The translations under genes and the position numbers were made by a program. From Candidatus Erginobacter occultus (GTDB lineage Bacteria; Auribacterota; Erginobacteria; Erginobacterales; Erginobacteraceae), in NCBI GenBank assembly GCA_030765265.1, contig JAVCCZ010000190.1, positions 1 through 58,219 on the forward strand: 58,219 nt of DNA, read 5' to 3'. The first letter of the stretch is position 1. Every line of letters starts with the position of its first letter. The notes below the pieces were generated by a model that did not search any database, was not told the origin of the DNA, and saw only the letters and a list, made by a program, of their open reading frames with translations. Shown here piece after piece: positions 30,189-41,029 of this stretch.

Positions 30189-30935
30189 ATGCCCTACAAC
30201 ATACTGATGGTCGATGACGACCGCGATTTCCGCGAGGAGTTCAAGGATTACTTCCGGGGCTACCGGGTAATCGGGGTGGGCCGGGGAGAGGAAGCCCTGG
30301 CCGAACTGAAAAAGCCCAACGAGATCGACCTGGTTATCCTCGACGTCCGTCTCCCGGGCACCCCGGGGACCGAGATCCTGAAGCGGATCAAGCGGGATTG
30401 GCCGGATCTGGGGGTGATCATCCTCACCGGGTTCGGTTCGAAGAAGGTGGTGATCGAGGCCCTCCACGGGGAAGCCGACGAGTACCTGGAAAAACCCCTA
30501 AATATCGAAAAGACCGAGGCGGCGATCAAGAAGATCCTCCGGGAGTCGCGCTGGCCGGCGGGGATCGAGGGGGAGGATATCGAGGGAAAGATGGAGCGGG
30601 TCCAGGTCTTCCTGCGCAGGAATGTCCACAAGAAGGTCTCCCTGCAGGAAGCGTCCCGGGTGGTCGCTCTCAGCCCCAAGTACTTGAGCCGGGTCTTCAA
30701 GGAAGTCACCGGCCGGAAGTTCAACCAGTACAAGCTGGAGTGCAAGATCGAACAGGCGAAAGAATGGCTGGCCGAAACCGGCCACAGCGTCGATATGATT
30801 GCCTACTCCCTGGGCTACCTCAACGCGGAATCCTTAATCCGGATCTTCAAGAAGTTCACCGGCCTGACCCCCACCGCCTACCGGGCCGACCCTCAAGGGG
30901 ATCAGACAAACCGCGGGAGAAGCAGCCGCCGATGA
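30189..30935 (+). CDS. Response regulator with AraC-type HTH
   Basis: ILMVDDD, LDVRLP and YLEKP, then LSPKYLSRVFKEVTG and LGY..IFKKFTGLTPTAYR. Confidence 0.92.
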   Translation: MPYNILMVDDDRDFREEFKDYFRGYRVIGVGRGEEALAELKKPNEIDLVILDVRLPGTPGTEILKRIKRDWPDLGVIILTGFGSKKVVIEALHGEADEYLEKPLNIEKTEAAIKKILRESRWPAGIEGEDIEGKMERVQVFLRRNVHKKVSLQEASRVVALSPKYLSRVFKEVTGRKFNQYKLECKIEQAKEWLAETGHSVDMIAYSLGYLNAESLIRIFKKFTGLTPTAYRADPQGDQTNRGRSSRR

Positions 30936-32482
30936 AGCAGCGGAAAGAGCAAGATCGGGATCTCTCCCCGGGAACACGGCGGGGGGCGGGTCCCCGGTTG
31001 GAACGGGACCGTCTCCGCCAGATCCTCGACTCGATGGAGGACCTGGTCTATATCACCGGCGCCGACCACCGGGTTGAGTACGTCAACCCCCCGATGAGGA
31101 AGATTTTCGGACCGGTCCGGGGGAGGAGATGCTTCGACTATCTCCATCACCATCAGACCATATGTTCCTGGTGTCGGAAGTCCGAGATATTGGGAGGAAA
31201 GGTGGTCCACTGGGAATGGTCTTCCGCCCGCACCGGCCGGACTTATGATGTTATCGAGAGTCCCCTGGCCAACCCCGACGGGACGGTCTCCAAGCTGAAA
31301 TTAATGCGGGATATCACCGAGCGCAAGCAGCTGGCCAGTCGTCTGGAGAAGTTTAACGAGCAACTCGAAGAGATCGTCATCAGCCGAACCCGGGAGCTCT
31401 CCTCGGCCAACGAACTGCTGGAACGGCTCTTCTCCAGCGTGCACTTCCTCCTCGCCTACCTCGATGCCGACTTCAACTTCCGCCGGGTCAACCGGGCTTA
31501 CGCCGAGGCTTATCGGCAGGAGCCGGAGTACTTCGTCGGGAAGAATCACTTTCGGCTCTTCCCCCACCCGGAGCACGAGCGGATCTTCCGGAAGGTGGTC
31601 CGGACCGGCCGGCCCTTTGTCGTCTTCTCCCGGCCCTTTGTTTACCCCGATCACCCGAAATGGGGAACCACCTACTGGGACTGGTCGCTCCGCCCGGTCC
31701 TGGATAGCGAGGGCGAGGTGGAAGGGCTGATCCTGATCCTGGTCGACGTGCCCGAGCGCAAGCGGGCGCAGGGGAAGCTGATCCGGGCGGAGAAGAAGAT
31801 GGCCGAACTGGAACGGCTGGCCGAACTCGGCACCCTCTCCTCGATGGTGGCCCACGAGATGCGCAACCCCCTGGCCACCATCGCCCTGGCCGCCGCCAAC
31901 CTCCGGCGGAAGACCTCGGACCCCGCCCTGCTCAAGCATATCCGTTCGATCGAGGGAAAAGTCAAATCCGGCGAACGGGTTATCGGGAGTTTGCTCGGCT
32001 ATTCCCGGGTCCAGCTGCCCCGCTACCGGAATATCTTTATCCTCCCTTTCCTGCGGAGCTGTATCTCCGACTCCCTCAAGTCCCATCGAGATATCCGGCC
32101 CGAGGTGGCGCTGGACCTGGCGGCCCTGAAAAGAAAGAAAATCTCCGTCGATCCTGACCAGCTGCGGGAGGTCTTCGTCAATATCCTGGATAACGCCCTG
32201 GAAGCCGTCCCGGCCGAGGGGGGGAGGATCGAGGCGGCCGGCGGTTTCACGAAAGACGGCGCCGCCCTCTTTCGGTTTCGGGACAACGGTCCGCCGATCA
32301 GCCCCGCGGACCGGAAAGAGATTTTCACCCCCTTCTTCACCCGCAAACCATCCGGAAACGGACTGGGCCTGGCCATCTGCCGGCAGCTGGTCCGTCTCCA
32401 CAACGGCACCATTAAACTGACCAGCGGCCCGAAGCGGGGGACGGAGGTCACCGTCCGGATACCCCCGCTGCCCCGGCAATAA
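30932..32482 (+). CDS. Cytoplasmic PAS-PAS histidine kinase
   Basis: ATGA overlap with the regulator, two PAS domains, VAHEMRNPL, NILDNA, PFFTRK and GNGLGL. Confidence 0.9.
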   Translation: MKQRKEQDRDLSPGTRRGAGPRLERDRLRQILDSMEDLVYITGADHRVEYVNPPMRKIFGPVRGRRCFDYLHHHQTICSWCRKSEILGGKVVHWEWSSARTGRTYDVIESPLANPDGTVSKLKLMRDITERKQLASRLEKFNEQLEEIVISRTRELSSANELLERLFSSVHFLLAYLDADFNFRRVNRAYAEAYRQEPEYFVGKNHFRLFPHPEHERIFRKVVRTGRPFVVFSRPFVYPDHPKWGTTYWDWSLRPVLDSEGEVEGLILILVDVPERKRAQGKLIRAEKKMAELERLAELGTLSSMVAHEMRNPLATIALAAANLRRKTSDPALLKHIRSIEGKVKSGERVIGSLLGYSRVQLPRYRNIFILPFLRSCISDSLKSHRDIRPEVALDLAALKRKKISVDPDQLREVFVNILDNALEAVPAEGGRIEAAGGFTKDGAALFRFRDNGPPISPADRKEIFTPFFTRKPSGNGLGLAICRQLVRLHNGTIKLTSGPKRGTEVTVRIPPLPRQ

Positions 32483-32660
32483 GACTTCTCCGCCGGGGGT
32501 TCCCGTCTGTCCGCCCCCCGGCCGGCGGCCCTTTTTACCTCGGCAGATCCCCCCGGCAAGTGGAAAATAGTCAGGAAAAAGGCGAAAGCGCACATTGCCG
32601 GCTGACGTCCCGGGGGAGAAGATGTTCCTTAAAACCAAATCAGGTCAGCGGAGAGGGGAT

Positions 32661-33050
32661 TTGAGTAGACGATACCGAGTTTTACTGGTGGACGACGACG
32701 CCGAACTGGTGGAGGAACTGGCCGAGGCGCTGGAGGCCGCCGGCTACCGGGTTGATCCCTTCACCGACGCCGGGGAGGCCCTGGCGGTCGCGCCCGCCCA
32801 GCGGCCGGATATCGCCCTGATCGATCTGAAGATGCGGGTAAAAAACGGCTTCCAGCTGGCCCGGGAACTCCTGGCGGCGGAAGCGCTGTCCGGGATCCCG
32901 ATTATCGCGATGACCGGTTACTATACCCGCCGGGAGGACGAGAAGCTGATGAAATCCAGCGGTATCAGGGCCTGTCTCTTCAAACCCTTCACCCCGGAAG
33001 TGGCGGCCCGGAAGCTGGACTCGCTGCTCCGGGATAAATCTTCGGATTGA
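32661..33050 (+). CDS. Single-domain response regulator
   Basis: VLLVDDD, IDLKM, AMTG and KPF; TTG start after GAGGGG. Confidence 0.88.
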   Translation: MSRRYRVLLVDDDAELVEELAEALEAAGYRVDPFTDAGEALAVAPAQRPDIALIDLKMRVKNGFQLARELLAAEALSGIPIIAMTGYYTRREDEKLMKSSGIRACLFKPFTPEVAARKLDSLLRDKSSD

Positions 33051-33070
33051 AAGATGAGGGTAAAAATCCT

Positions 33071-33523
33071 ATGCGCCTGACCAGTCCCGCGTTTTCCGAA
33101 GGGGAATCCATCCCCGCTCTCTATACCTGCGACGGGGCGGCAATCAACCCCCCGCTGGTGATCGACGATATCCCCCCCCGGGCCGTCTCCCTGGCCCTGG
33201 TAATGGACGACCCCGATTCCCCGGGCCGGACTTTTGTCCACTGGGTCGCCTACGACCTGGACGTCACCGGACGGATCGAAGAGGGGTCTCACCCCGGCAC
33301 CGGGGGCCTCAACGATTTCGGGAGAACCGATTACGTCGGCCCCTGTCCCCATTCCGGGACCCACCGCTATGTCTTTAAATTTTACGCCCTCGACCAAAAA
33401 ATCGGCCGGGAAAAGGGACTGAACAAGGACGAGCTGCTGACGGCGATCGAGGGCCATATCATCGCCCGCGGAGAGCTGATCGGCCGCTATAGCCGGGAAG
33501 ACTCCGCGGGAGACGACCGGTGA
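33071..33523 (+). CDS. YbhB/YbcL (PEBP/RKIP-like) protein
   Basis: LTSPAF, YTCDG, DDPD, FVHW, GPCP, GTHRY and FYALD. Confidence 0.92.
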   Translation: MRLTSPAFSEGESIPALYTCDGAAINPPLVIDDIPPRAVSLALVMDDPDSPGRTFVHWVAYDLDVTGRIEEGSHPGTGGLNDFGRTDYVGPCPHSGTHRYVFKFYALDQKIGREKGLNKDELLTAIEGHIIARGELIGRYSREDSAGDDR

Positions 33524-33685
33524 GCAGAATCGTGACTGCTTGTGATTGCTCCGTCCCCGTCACTGCGTTCGGGGGTCTCCCAATGACTTCTCTCCCGATT
33601 TGTTGTCGGCGAAAACATAGAATTCGGTCACCAATAGCACCCGGGTCGAGGTGGAGAAAAGTCAGGCTAAAGGGGAAATACCCCA

Positions 33686-33714
33686 TTGACACCGATCCTT
33701 GCGAGAAGTACCTT
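33686..33714 (+). promoter_or_regulatory. Probable sigma70 promoter of the giant surface-protein gene
   Basis: TTGACA-17 bp-TACCTT, about 50 bp upstream of the ATG. Confidence 0.55.
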
Positions 33715-33764
33715 AAATTCAATATTAATTCCGTTAACCTTTGAACTTTGTCCCGGAGGTCCCG

Positions 33765-36700
33765 ATGAGGACGCCCAAAACCGCGTTGTTGTCTCTCTTT
33801 TTATCGGCGGCGATTATCCTGCCCGCCGCCGGTCTGGCCCAGAGCCAATACTTTTACTTTATAGCCGATACCGGCGGCGGACCTCCCGGAAACGATCTCC
33901 TTACTCTGCTGGATACCTCGACCGGCATCGAGTCCGCGATCGGAACCGGGACCGGCACCTCCTCGATGGAGGGGATGACGACCTATCACGGCGGCAGTTT
34001 CAGCACCCAAACTATGTACGGCTCCACCGCGGCGCGCCTTTATATAGTCAACAAGACTACCGGTGTCGCCTCCGCTCTCTCCTCGACCTACGGGACCGGG
34101 ACCGGCGCCCTGGGCTCCATAACCTTCGATGATGTCGATGGGGTTGACTTCGATGAGACCACCGCTCCGGCGATTATGTACGCCAATGTCCGCCGGGGCG
34201 CCGACGACCTTCTTATCCAGCTCAACTACGCCACCGGCGCCCACGTGGCATCCGCCTGGGGCGCGAACACCGATTATATCGTAATTCAGAACCAGGGACC
34301 GTCGCTTGACGATATCGATGACATCGCCATCCGCTCGGACGGCGTGATGTACGGTATCAATAACAACAGCGGGACCGAGGACCGCCTGGTTATCATCGAT
34401 AAGACGAACGGCAGTACCACCGATGTCGGCCGCCTCCGCCGGAGCGACGATTCGGAAGACGTGGAGGATATGGAAGGACTCTCCTTCGACTGCGGCGACT
34501 CTCTCTGGGGTGCTACCGGCCAGAATGCCTCCGATCCCGACCAGCGCAACCGCCTCTGGATCTTCCAGACCGATATAGCCGGTGACCCGACCCGTTACGT
34601 GACTGAAGTGGAGCAAATGACCGAGGGGTCGGACTATGAATCGCTGGAAGCCTGTGTTCAGATCGATCCGACTCCCACCCCATCACCATCCCCCGAAGTC
34701 CCTACACCTTCGGTCACACCCAGCCCGGCTCCTTCCGCCACCCCCGAATTGAGCACCGTCTGCTTAAGGACGGAGCACGGGACATTATCAGTCGGTTCAA
34801 CCAGCGCCACCACCTTCGTCAATACCGGCCTCGACCTTACCCTCTGGGCCCCGGACACCACCGCGATCGCGGTCTTTGCCTCCCTCGAGTGCGATACCGG
34901 AACTTCCACCGAAGCCCAGAACGGTTACTGGGATCTGAGGATGGATAATACCTGGTCCAGCCAGACCCTGGGCCGCTATCTCAGCGGCACCGAGGATCAG
35001 GGACTGGCCGGAGTAGTCAATATTTTCGAGAATGTCAGTCCCGGTAACCATACCATCCGTCTCCGGCAGAAGACCGACGGGGCGGTCGATCCCCAGATCT
35101 CCACCCGTAATGCCGATCTGGTCGCCTATGACCTGACGATCGAGGACGGCTCGGCGAGTTTCAGTTACGGAACCAGCATTCTTGATGCCACCGGGGACAC
35201 GACCAGCAGCACCTCCTTCGAAGATGTGGACGGTTTAAGCTGCACCGTAACCCTCGACATCCCTGGCAAGATCCTGGTCTCTTGCGCCCTGAACGGCGAA
35301 TCGTCCGGCGGGGCCGGGGAACGGACCGGTTACTGGCGGCTACAGGTTGACGGGACGACGGTCGGTGTCGCGGAGCAGCACCGGAAGATGGGTGGTTCCA
35401 ACGACCTGGGAGCCGTCCTCCTCCAGGGGCTGAGCGAAAATCTTTGCGAGGGGACCTACACCGTCACCGTTCAGCACCGGACCAACGACGGCGCCGAACC
35501 CATCCGGACCCTGAACGCGACACTGCTCGGCATCGCCCTCAGCACCGCCGATGCCGGCGGACTGGAGCTGCCGGCCGCACTGGCGGCTTCCACCGACTTC
35601 AACAACACCACCTCGACCACCCTGGTAAACGTGCCGACCAGTATGGTGGAGCTGAATCTCCAGACCGACAGCGACATCTTCGTCGCCTCCAACTTCGGCT
35701 CCCACGGCATCTATGCCGGCGCTCCGGGAGACCGCTATGGATTTTTTGATCTTACCTTGGACGCGGGCCCCGTTTCCGAGACGGTAAGCCGCTTCTTCGA
35801 GGAGACCGGGGATCACGGCGCCGGGGGCATATTCGGCCTGGGCGTTGATTTCTCGGCCGATACCCATACCGGATATATCCGTTTCGCGACCAATAACCCC
35901 AACCGGGGTATCACTACCCACGAACTGACGCTCGTGCTTTTGGGTTCCTGCGCCAATCTGGGCCAGCCGCCCTGCCCGACCGCGACCCCCTCGGTGACCC
36001 CGACTCCGACCCTTACCCCCACGCCCACTCCGACCGTCACCCCGACCCCGACCGTTCCCCCGACGCCGCCGCCGACCGCGACCCCCACCGTGACGCCCAC
36101 TCCGTCCGTGCCGCCCACCCCGCCGCCGACCGCCACACCATCAGTCACGCCGACACCGTCGATAACTCCGACGCCGTCCGTAACTCCGACACCCTCGGCA
36201 ACTCCGACTCCCTCGGTAACGCCAACACCGTCGGCAACTCCGACACCGTCGGCAACTCCGACACCGTCGATAACGCCGACTCCCTCGATAACGCCGACTC
36301 CCTCGATAACGCCGACTCCCTCGATAACGCCGACTCCCTCGATAACTCCGACGCCATCGGTTACGCCGACACCATCGGCAACTCCGACGCCATCGGTCAC
36401 GCCGACACCTTCGGTAACTCCGACGCCATCGGTCACGCCGACACCTTCGGTCACGCCGACCCCGTCGGTGACCCCGACGCCGAGCGTGACGCCGACACCG
36501 TCAGCAACCCCGACCCCGTCGGTGACCCCGACGCCGAGCGTGACGCCGACACCATCGGTCACGCCGACGCCATCGGTTACGCCGACCGCGTCGATTACCC
36601 CGACGCCCAGTATTACTCCGACGCCATCAACCACCCCCACTCCGGCGTACTGCGAGGAACTCCTGGTGATCAACGACCTGGAAGACCTCCAGATCTCCGT

Positions 36701-38780
36701 TCCCCGGGCAGGCTCCGGGACCGGATGGCGCTGGAGCATCACCCGGGCGGAAGCGCCCTCGACGGATATCTACGGCTGGGTTGACGACAATGCCAACACC
36801 TTTGCCGATTGGACCGATTACCCGCTCCAGCCGGCGGCCGTTCTCTTTACCAGCCTGAGCGAACCTCTCGCCATCCTGGAGGGCGACTACATCACGGTTA
36901 CCTATGACGGCGGCCAGACGGTTAACGTGTACCCGCCGCCGCTGAGCGGGACATTCGACACCTACTATTTCATCGGATTGGACGGAGCGACCTACGCCGA
37001 CCGGTGGCTCTGCGAACCGGTTGAAGAGGTCCCGACGCCCACTGCCACACCCACGGCATCGGTTACCCCGACTCCCAGCGCGACGCCCAGTCCGTCGGTT
37101 ACGCCTTCCCCCGCCCCGACCGCGACACCTTCCATCGCCCCGACCCCGCCGCCCACGTCCACGCCGTCTCCCGCCCCCACCGCGACGCCGGATTGCCGTT
37201 GTTACGTGGTGCCTCAGTCCGGCTACGGCAGCGGGGGAGAGAACCTGCTGATCCTGGTCGATCCCTATGACTTCAACCCCGCCACCAACGAGACCGACAT
37301 TGGAACCACGACCGGAACCAACGGGATCGAGACCATCGCCTACCACAATCCTTCCGGCCAACTTTATACTTTTGATTATAACCGTCTGGGGATTCTCGAC
37401 CAGGTGACCGGCCTCTTCTCTCCGGTGTCGGCGAATACCGTAGGTTTCGGCTTCGGAGCTCACGGTTGGCAGGATTTTATCGACCTTGACGGGATGTCAT
37501 TTCATCCCGATACCGGCGGGCTTTACGCCACGGTCCGCAAGAGTTCTTCCAACGACCTCTTAATTCTCGTCGACCTCACGACGGGAGAGCATATCCCCGG
37601 AGCTTTCAATGGCGACGACTACGCGGTGATCGAGGCCCTGATCGACGACGGAAACCCGCTGAACGATGTCGATGATATCGCCTTCGACCCGGCGGACGGG
37701 GCCCTCTATGCCGTGGTCAATGACAGCCACTACGAAGACCACCTGGTGATCATCGATCCCGCCGACGGTTCGCTGATCACCAATATCGGCGATTTCTACT
37801 GCGTTATCGCCGGGGAAAATATTCAGGATATCGAGGGTATGGGTTTCGGCTGCGACGGCACCCTCTGGGCGGTGACCGGAAACAAGACCCTGATCGACCA
37901 GAACGATAAACTCTGGGAGGTCGACAAAACCAACGCCTATCTCTGTACCCCGAGGACGCTGACTCACGGCACCGACTATGAAGCGGTGACCTGCGGGTTC
38001 TTCAGCCTTCCCGCGCCCAGTCCGACGCCGTTCCTCTCCAGCGTGGATTCGGGAGATTACGACGGTGACGGGACCAGCGACATCGCGATCTTCCGTCAGG
38101 CTAACGGGTTATGGGCCATCAAGGGTATGACCCGGGTTTACTTCGGCGCTGCCGGCGACTGGCCGGTCTCCGCCGATTATACCGGGGATGGGACATCGAA
38201 TATCGGGATCTTCCGGTCCGGTTCCGGTCTCTGGGCCCTGCGCGCTCTCAGCCGGATCTACTTCGGCCGGGCCGGCGATATTCCGATCCCCGGCGATTAT
38301 GATGGGGACGGTTCGGCCGACGTGACCGTTTTCCGCCCGGATACCGGCTTATGGGCCAGCCGCGCGTTGCCCCGGATTTATTACGGCCGCGCCGGCGATC
38401 GTCCGGTTCCGGGAGATTACGACGGCAACGGCACCGTCGATCGGGGGATATTCCGGCCCAATCGGAGCTTGTGGGCGATCCGGGGGATTACCCGGGCCTA
38501 CTTCGGAACCGGCAGCGACCAGACCGTGCCCGGCGATTATAACGGTGACGGCTCCGCCGCGATCGCGATCTTCAGGCCGGCTACCGGCTTGTGGGCGATC
38601 CGGGGGTTGACCCGGGCCTATTACGGCAGGAGTTCCGACTGGGCGGTTCCGGCCGACTATACCGGGAACCTGATGGACAGTATCGGGATTTTCCGGACTA
38701 CCCAGGGGCTCTGGGCGGTGAGGGGAACCCCGATCAAGATGTATTTTGGCGCCAGCGGGGATCAACCGGCCACCAGGTAA
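33765..38780 (+). CDS. Large secreted modular surface protein: propeller-like domain, 3 beta-sandwich repeats, Pro/Thr stalk, second propeller, C-terminal FG-GAP/VCBS-like repeats
   Basis: GGAGG RBS, signal peptide ending AGLA-QSQ, internal duplications visible by eye, and six C-terminal G/A-DYxGD/N..I.IFR...LWA.RG.TR.YFG-type repeats. Confidence 0.88.
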   Translation: MRTPKTALLSLFLSAAIILPAAGLAQSQYFYFIADTGGGPPGNDLLTLLDTSTGIESAIGTGTGTSSMEGMTTYHGGSFSTQTMYGSTAARLYIVNKTTGVASALSSTYGTGTGALGSITFDDVDGVDFDETTAPAIMYANVRRGADDLLIQLNYATGAHVASAWGANTDYIVIQNQGPSLDDIDDIAIRSDGVMYGINNNSGTEDRLVIIDKTNGSTTDVGRLRRSDDSEDVEDMEGLSFDCGDSLWGATGQNASDPDQRNRLWIFQTDIAGDPTRYVTEVEQMTEGSDYESLEACVQIDPTPTPSPSPEVPTPSVTPSPAPSATPELSTVCLRTEHGTLSVGSTSATTFVNTGLDLTLWAPDTTAIAVFASLECDTGTSTEAQNGYWDLRMDNTWSSQTLGRYLSGTEDQGLAGVVNIFENVSPGNHTIRLRQKTDGAVDPQISTRNADLVAYDLTIEDGSASFSYGTSILDATGDTTSSTSFEDVDGLSCTVTLDIPGKILVSCALNGESSGGAGERTGYWRLQVDGTTVGVAEQHRKMGGSNDLGAVLLQGLSENLCEGTYTVTVQHRTNDGAEPIRTLNATLLGIALSTADAGGLELPAALAASTDFNNTTSTTLVNVPTSMVELNLQTDSDIFVASNFGSHGIYAGAPGDRYGFFDLTLDAGPVSETVSRFFEETGDHGAGGIFGLGVDFSADTHTGYIRFATNNPNRGITTHELTLVLLGSCANLGQPPCPTATPSVTPTPTLTPTPTPTVTPTPTVPPTPPPTATPTVTPTPSVPPTPPPTATPSVTPTPSITPTPSVTPTPSATPTPSVTPTPSATPTPSATPTPSITPTPSITPTPSITPTPSITPTPSITPTPSVTPTPSATPTPSVTPTPSVTPTPSVTPTPSVTPTPSVTPTPSVTPTPSATPTPSVTPTPSVTPTPSVTPTPSVTPTASITPTPSITPTPSTTPTPAYCEELLVINDLEDLQISVPRAGSGTGWRWSITRAEAPSTDIYGWVDDNANTFADWTDYPLQPAAVLFTSLSEPLAILEGDYITVTYDGGQTVNVYPPPLSGTFDTYYFIGLDGATYADRWLCEPVEEVPTPTATPTASVTPTPSATPSPSVTPSPAPTATPSIAPTPPPTSTPSPAPTATPDCRCYVVPQSGYGSGGENLLILVDPYDFNPATNETDIGTTTGTNGIETIAYHNPSGQLYTFDYNRLGILDQVTGLFSPVSANTVGFGFGAHGWQDFIDLDGMSFHPDTGGLYATVRKSSSNDLLILVDLTTGEHIPGAFNGDDYAVIEALIDDGNPLNDVDDIAFDPADGALYAVVNDSHYEDHLVIIDPADGSLITNIGDFYCVIAGENIQDIEGMGFGCDGTLWAVTGNKTLIDQNDKLWEVDKTNAYLCTPRTLTHGTDYEAVTCGFFSLPAPSPTPFLSSVDSGDYDGDGTSDIAIFRQANGLWAIKGMTRVYFGAAGDWPVSADYTGDGTSNIGIFRSGSGLWALRALSRIYFGRAGDIPIPGDYDGDGSADVTVFRPDTGLWASRALPRIYYGRAGDRPVPGDYDGNGTVDRGIFRPNRSLWAIRGITRAYFGTGSDQTVPGDYNGDGSAAIAIFRPATGLWAIRGLTRAYYGRSSDWAVPADYTGNLMDSIGIFRTTQGLWAVRGTPIKMYFGASGDQPATR
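35968..36647 (+). repeat. Coding tandem repeat, 18-bp unit encoding TPS(V/I/A)TP
   Basis: About 225 codons of P/T/S-rich hexapeptide units with synonymous variation; shorter tracts at about 34668-34746 and 37030-37190. Confidence 0.95.
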
Positions 38781-38926
38781 AGGTGCCGGGATAATTTGCC
38801 TCACCCCGCCGGGGGCGGCGGCGTTGGTGGTGGACGATAACTTCGTCTCCAGCCGCGGGCCTTCCGACCTCGACGCCTTCATCCGTGAATCCCTCCGCTT
38901 AATAGACAAAAGAGGTATGACTTGAT

Positions 38927-39883
38927 ATGTCTATTAACCCGAAAGTCTCGATTATCGGGGCGGGCAACGTCGGCTTGCGCTACGCTTACGCCCTGATGAT
39001 CCGGGGCGGGGCCCGCCGGATCGTCCTGGTCGATCTCGACCGGGAGCGGCTGGAGGGCGAGGTGATGGACTTAAACCACGGCGCGCCCTACATCTCCCCG
39101 GTCGAAGTCACCGCCGGGGATTATCCGGATATCGAGGGCTCCGCCCTGGTGGTGGTGACCGCCGGGAAGGGCCAGCAGCCCGGCCAGTCCCGCCTCGACC
39201 TGATCCGGGCCAATGTCGAGCTCTACCGGAAGATCATCCCGAAGATCGTCGAATCCGCTCCGGAGGCCCTCCTGCTGATCGTCTCCAACCCGGTCGACGT
39301 CCTCGCCTACGCGGCCTACCGGATCTCGGGGATGTCCCCCAAACGGGTGATCGGCGCCGGGACCGTCCTCGACTCCGCCCGGCTCCGTTTTCTCCTCGGG
39401 CGCCACTGCCGGGTCGATCCCCGCAACGTCCACGCCTATATCCTCGGCGAGCACGGCGACAGCGAGTTTGCGGCCTGGTCCCGGGCCCTGATCGGGGGGG
39501 CGCTGCTCGACGCTTACTGCCCGACCTGCGAGTTCAACTGTTCCTGCGACCGGGAGCGGGAACTCGAGGAGATCTTCGTCCGGGTGAGGGACTCCGCCTA
39601 CCGGATCATCGAGCGCAAGGGCGAGACCTCCTACGGGATCGGCCTGGCCCTGGCGAGGATCACCCGGGCGATCCTCAACGACGAGAACGCCGTCCTCCCG
39701 GTCTCCTCGCTCTTTACCGATTACCCGGGGGGAGAGGAGGTTTACTTAAGCCTCCCGGCGGTAGTCAACCGGGAGGGGGTGCGACAGGTGATCCGGCTGG
39801 AACTGGCAAAGGAGGAGGAAAAATCCCTCCGCCGCAGCGCCGGCGTCATCCGGGAGGTAATCGACCAGCTGGATCTGAATTAG
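38927..39883 (+). CDS. ldh: L-lactate dehydrogenase
   Basis: GAGNVG, QQPGQSRLDL (Gln specificity residue), SNPVD, LDSAR, LGEHGDS and KGETSYGIG. Confidence 0.9.
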   Translation: MSINPKVSIIGAGNVGLRYAYALMIRGGARRIVLVDLDRERLEGEVMDLNHGAPYISPVEVTAGDYPDIEGSALVVVTAGKGQQPGQSRLDLIRANVELYRKIIPKIVESAPEALLLIVSNPVDVLAYAAYRISGMSPKRVIGAGTVLDSARLRFLLGRHCRVDPRNVHAYILGEHGDSEFAAWSRALIGGALLDAYCPTCEFNCSCDRERELEEIFVRVRDSAYRIIERKGETSYGIGLALARITRAILNDENAVLPVSSLFTDYPGGEEVYLSLPAVVNREGVRQVIRLELAKEEEKSLRRSAGVIREVIDQLDLN

Positions 39884-40083
39884 TGTTTGGGAAATATCAG
39901 GCAATAGACGTCATTGCGATCCGGCTTTTTTATCCGGCTTTAGACGGAAGACGGAAGACAGAAGACGGAGAAGCAATCTCAACCTGTCTCGGGTCAAGAG
40001 ATTGCTTCGTCGCCTTCGGCTCCTCGCAATGACAGATGGATGTTTAAAAATCAGTAGGGACTTTTATAGAGTTAAAGTGTTAC
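39881..40083 (-). mobile_element. MITE-like palindromic repeat, inverted copy C
   Basis: The reverse complement reads GTAACACTTTAACTCTATAAAAGT..GTCATTGCGAGGAGCCGAAGGCGACGAAGCAATC..AAGCCGGATCGCAATGAC; the right end is diverged. Confidence 0.8.
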
Positions 40084-40127
40084 GTCGATTGCAAGTTTTC
40101 GGGTTCCGCCGGGAATCCGGCCGGAAC

Positions 40128-40850
40128 CTATCCCCAGATTAACAGCCGGGCGCCGACCAGGGCCAGGAATATCGCCACGAAGATCCGGAAGTGCCTTTTC
40201 GGGATCCGGTCCAGCAGCCGCTTGGCCAGGTAGGCGCCGAGCAGGGAGACGGGGATGGAGATCAGCAGCGCGGTCAGCAGGTCCGGCCCCAGCCGAGTCC
40301 CTCCCTGGAGATAGCGCCCGATCCGGGTGATGTCGATGAAGAGGGCGATCATCCCGGAGGTGAAGATGTAAACCTCCGGCGGCAGATCGAAGGCGGTGAG
40401 AAACGCCCCCCGGACCGCCCCCCCGACCCCGAAAAACCCGGCGAAGAGCCCGGAGAGGAGGCCGCCGGAGGCCGCCGTGGCGGTGGTCTTCGGCAGCTTC
40501 CAGCGGCGGTGAAAGAAGAGGAAGATTACGTAGAGGATGAGGAAACCCCCGAGAATCCGTTCCAGGGGCAGGGCCGCGGCCGAAAAGGAGAGGGCGGCGC
40601 CCAGGTAGCCGGCGGCGATCCCGGTGATCCCGAACCCCAGGATCAGCTTCCAGTCCGCCCCCCGCCGGAAGAGCAGGATCTTCCAGAGATCGCCGGCCAG
40701 GTGGACGATCCCGACGAAGAGGAGGGCGACCGGCAGGGGGACGAAGAGGACCATCACCGGGACCATCACCGTCGAGGTTCCGAAGCCGGTCGCCGTCCCG
40801 ATGGCGGAAGCGAACAGCGTCAGCAGTCCGAGGAGCAGCGCCTGGTGCAT
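40128..40850 (-). CDS. TauE/SafE-family membrane exporter
   Basis: Duplicated GTATGFG / AGFFGVGG motifs, about 8 TM helices, 240 aa. Confidence 0.85.
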   Translation of the reverse strand: MHQALLLGLLTLFASAIGTATGFGTSTVMVPVMVLFVPLPVALLFVGIVHLAGDLWKILLFRRGADWKLILGFGITGIAAGYLGAALSFSAAALPLERILGGFLILYVIFLFFHRRWKLPKTTATAASGGLLSGLFAGFFGVGGAVRGAFLTAFDLPPEVYIFTSGMIALFIDITRIGRYLQGGTRLGPDLLTALLISIPVSLLGAYLAKRLLDRIPKRHFRIFVAIFLALVGARLLIWG

Positions 40851-40946
40851 AAGGTTATAGTTATAGCAGTTGCCGGCCGGGGGTGATTAACTTATCTGTG
40901 GATTATTTCACGGGTGGGATATTATTTCAACCCCCCGCCGCCGTTC

Positions 40947-40975
40947 TTGCCTCCGGCCCACCGGTTATGTATAAT
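40947..40975 (+). promoter_or_regulatory. Probable sigma70 promoter of fprA
   Basis: TTGCCT-17 bp-TATAAT. Confidence 0.6.
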
Positions 40976-41029
40976 AGTTGGAGTAGCGGCCTGCGGCCCG
41001 CCGGATACCGAAATTCTAACCTGGAGGAT

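Noticed and set aside
35968-36647. 18-bp tandem array as CRISPR or a non-coding repeat; antisense ORFs 35813-36742 and 36145-36357
   Set aside because: It is an in-frame Pro/Thr linker with synonymous-position variation; the antisense ORFs are its shadows.
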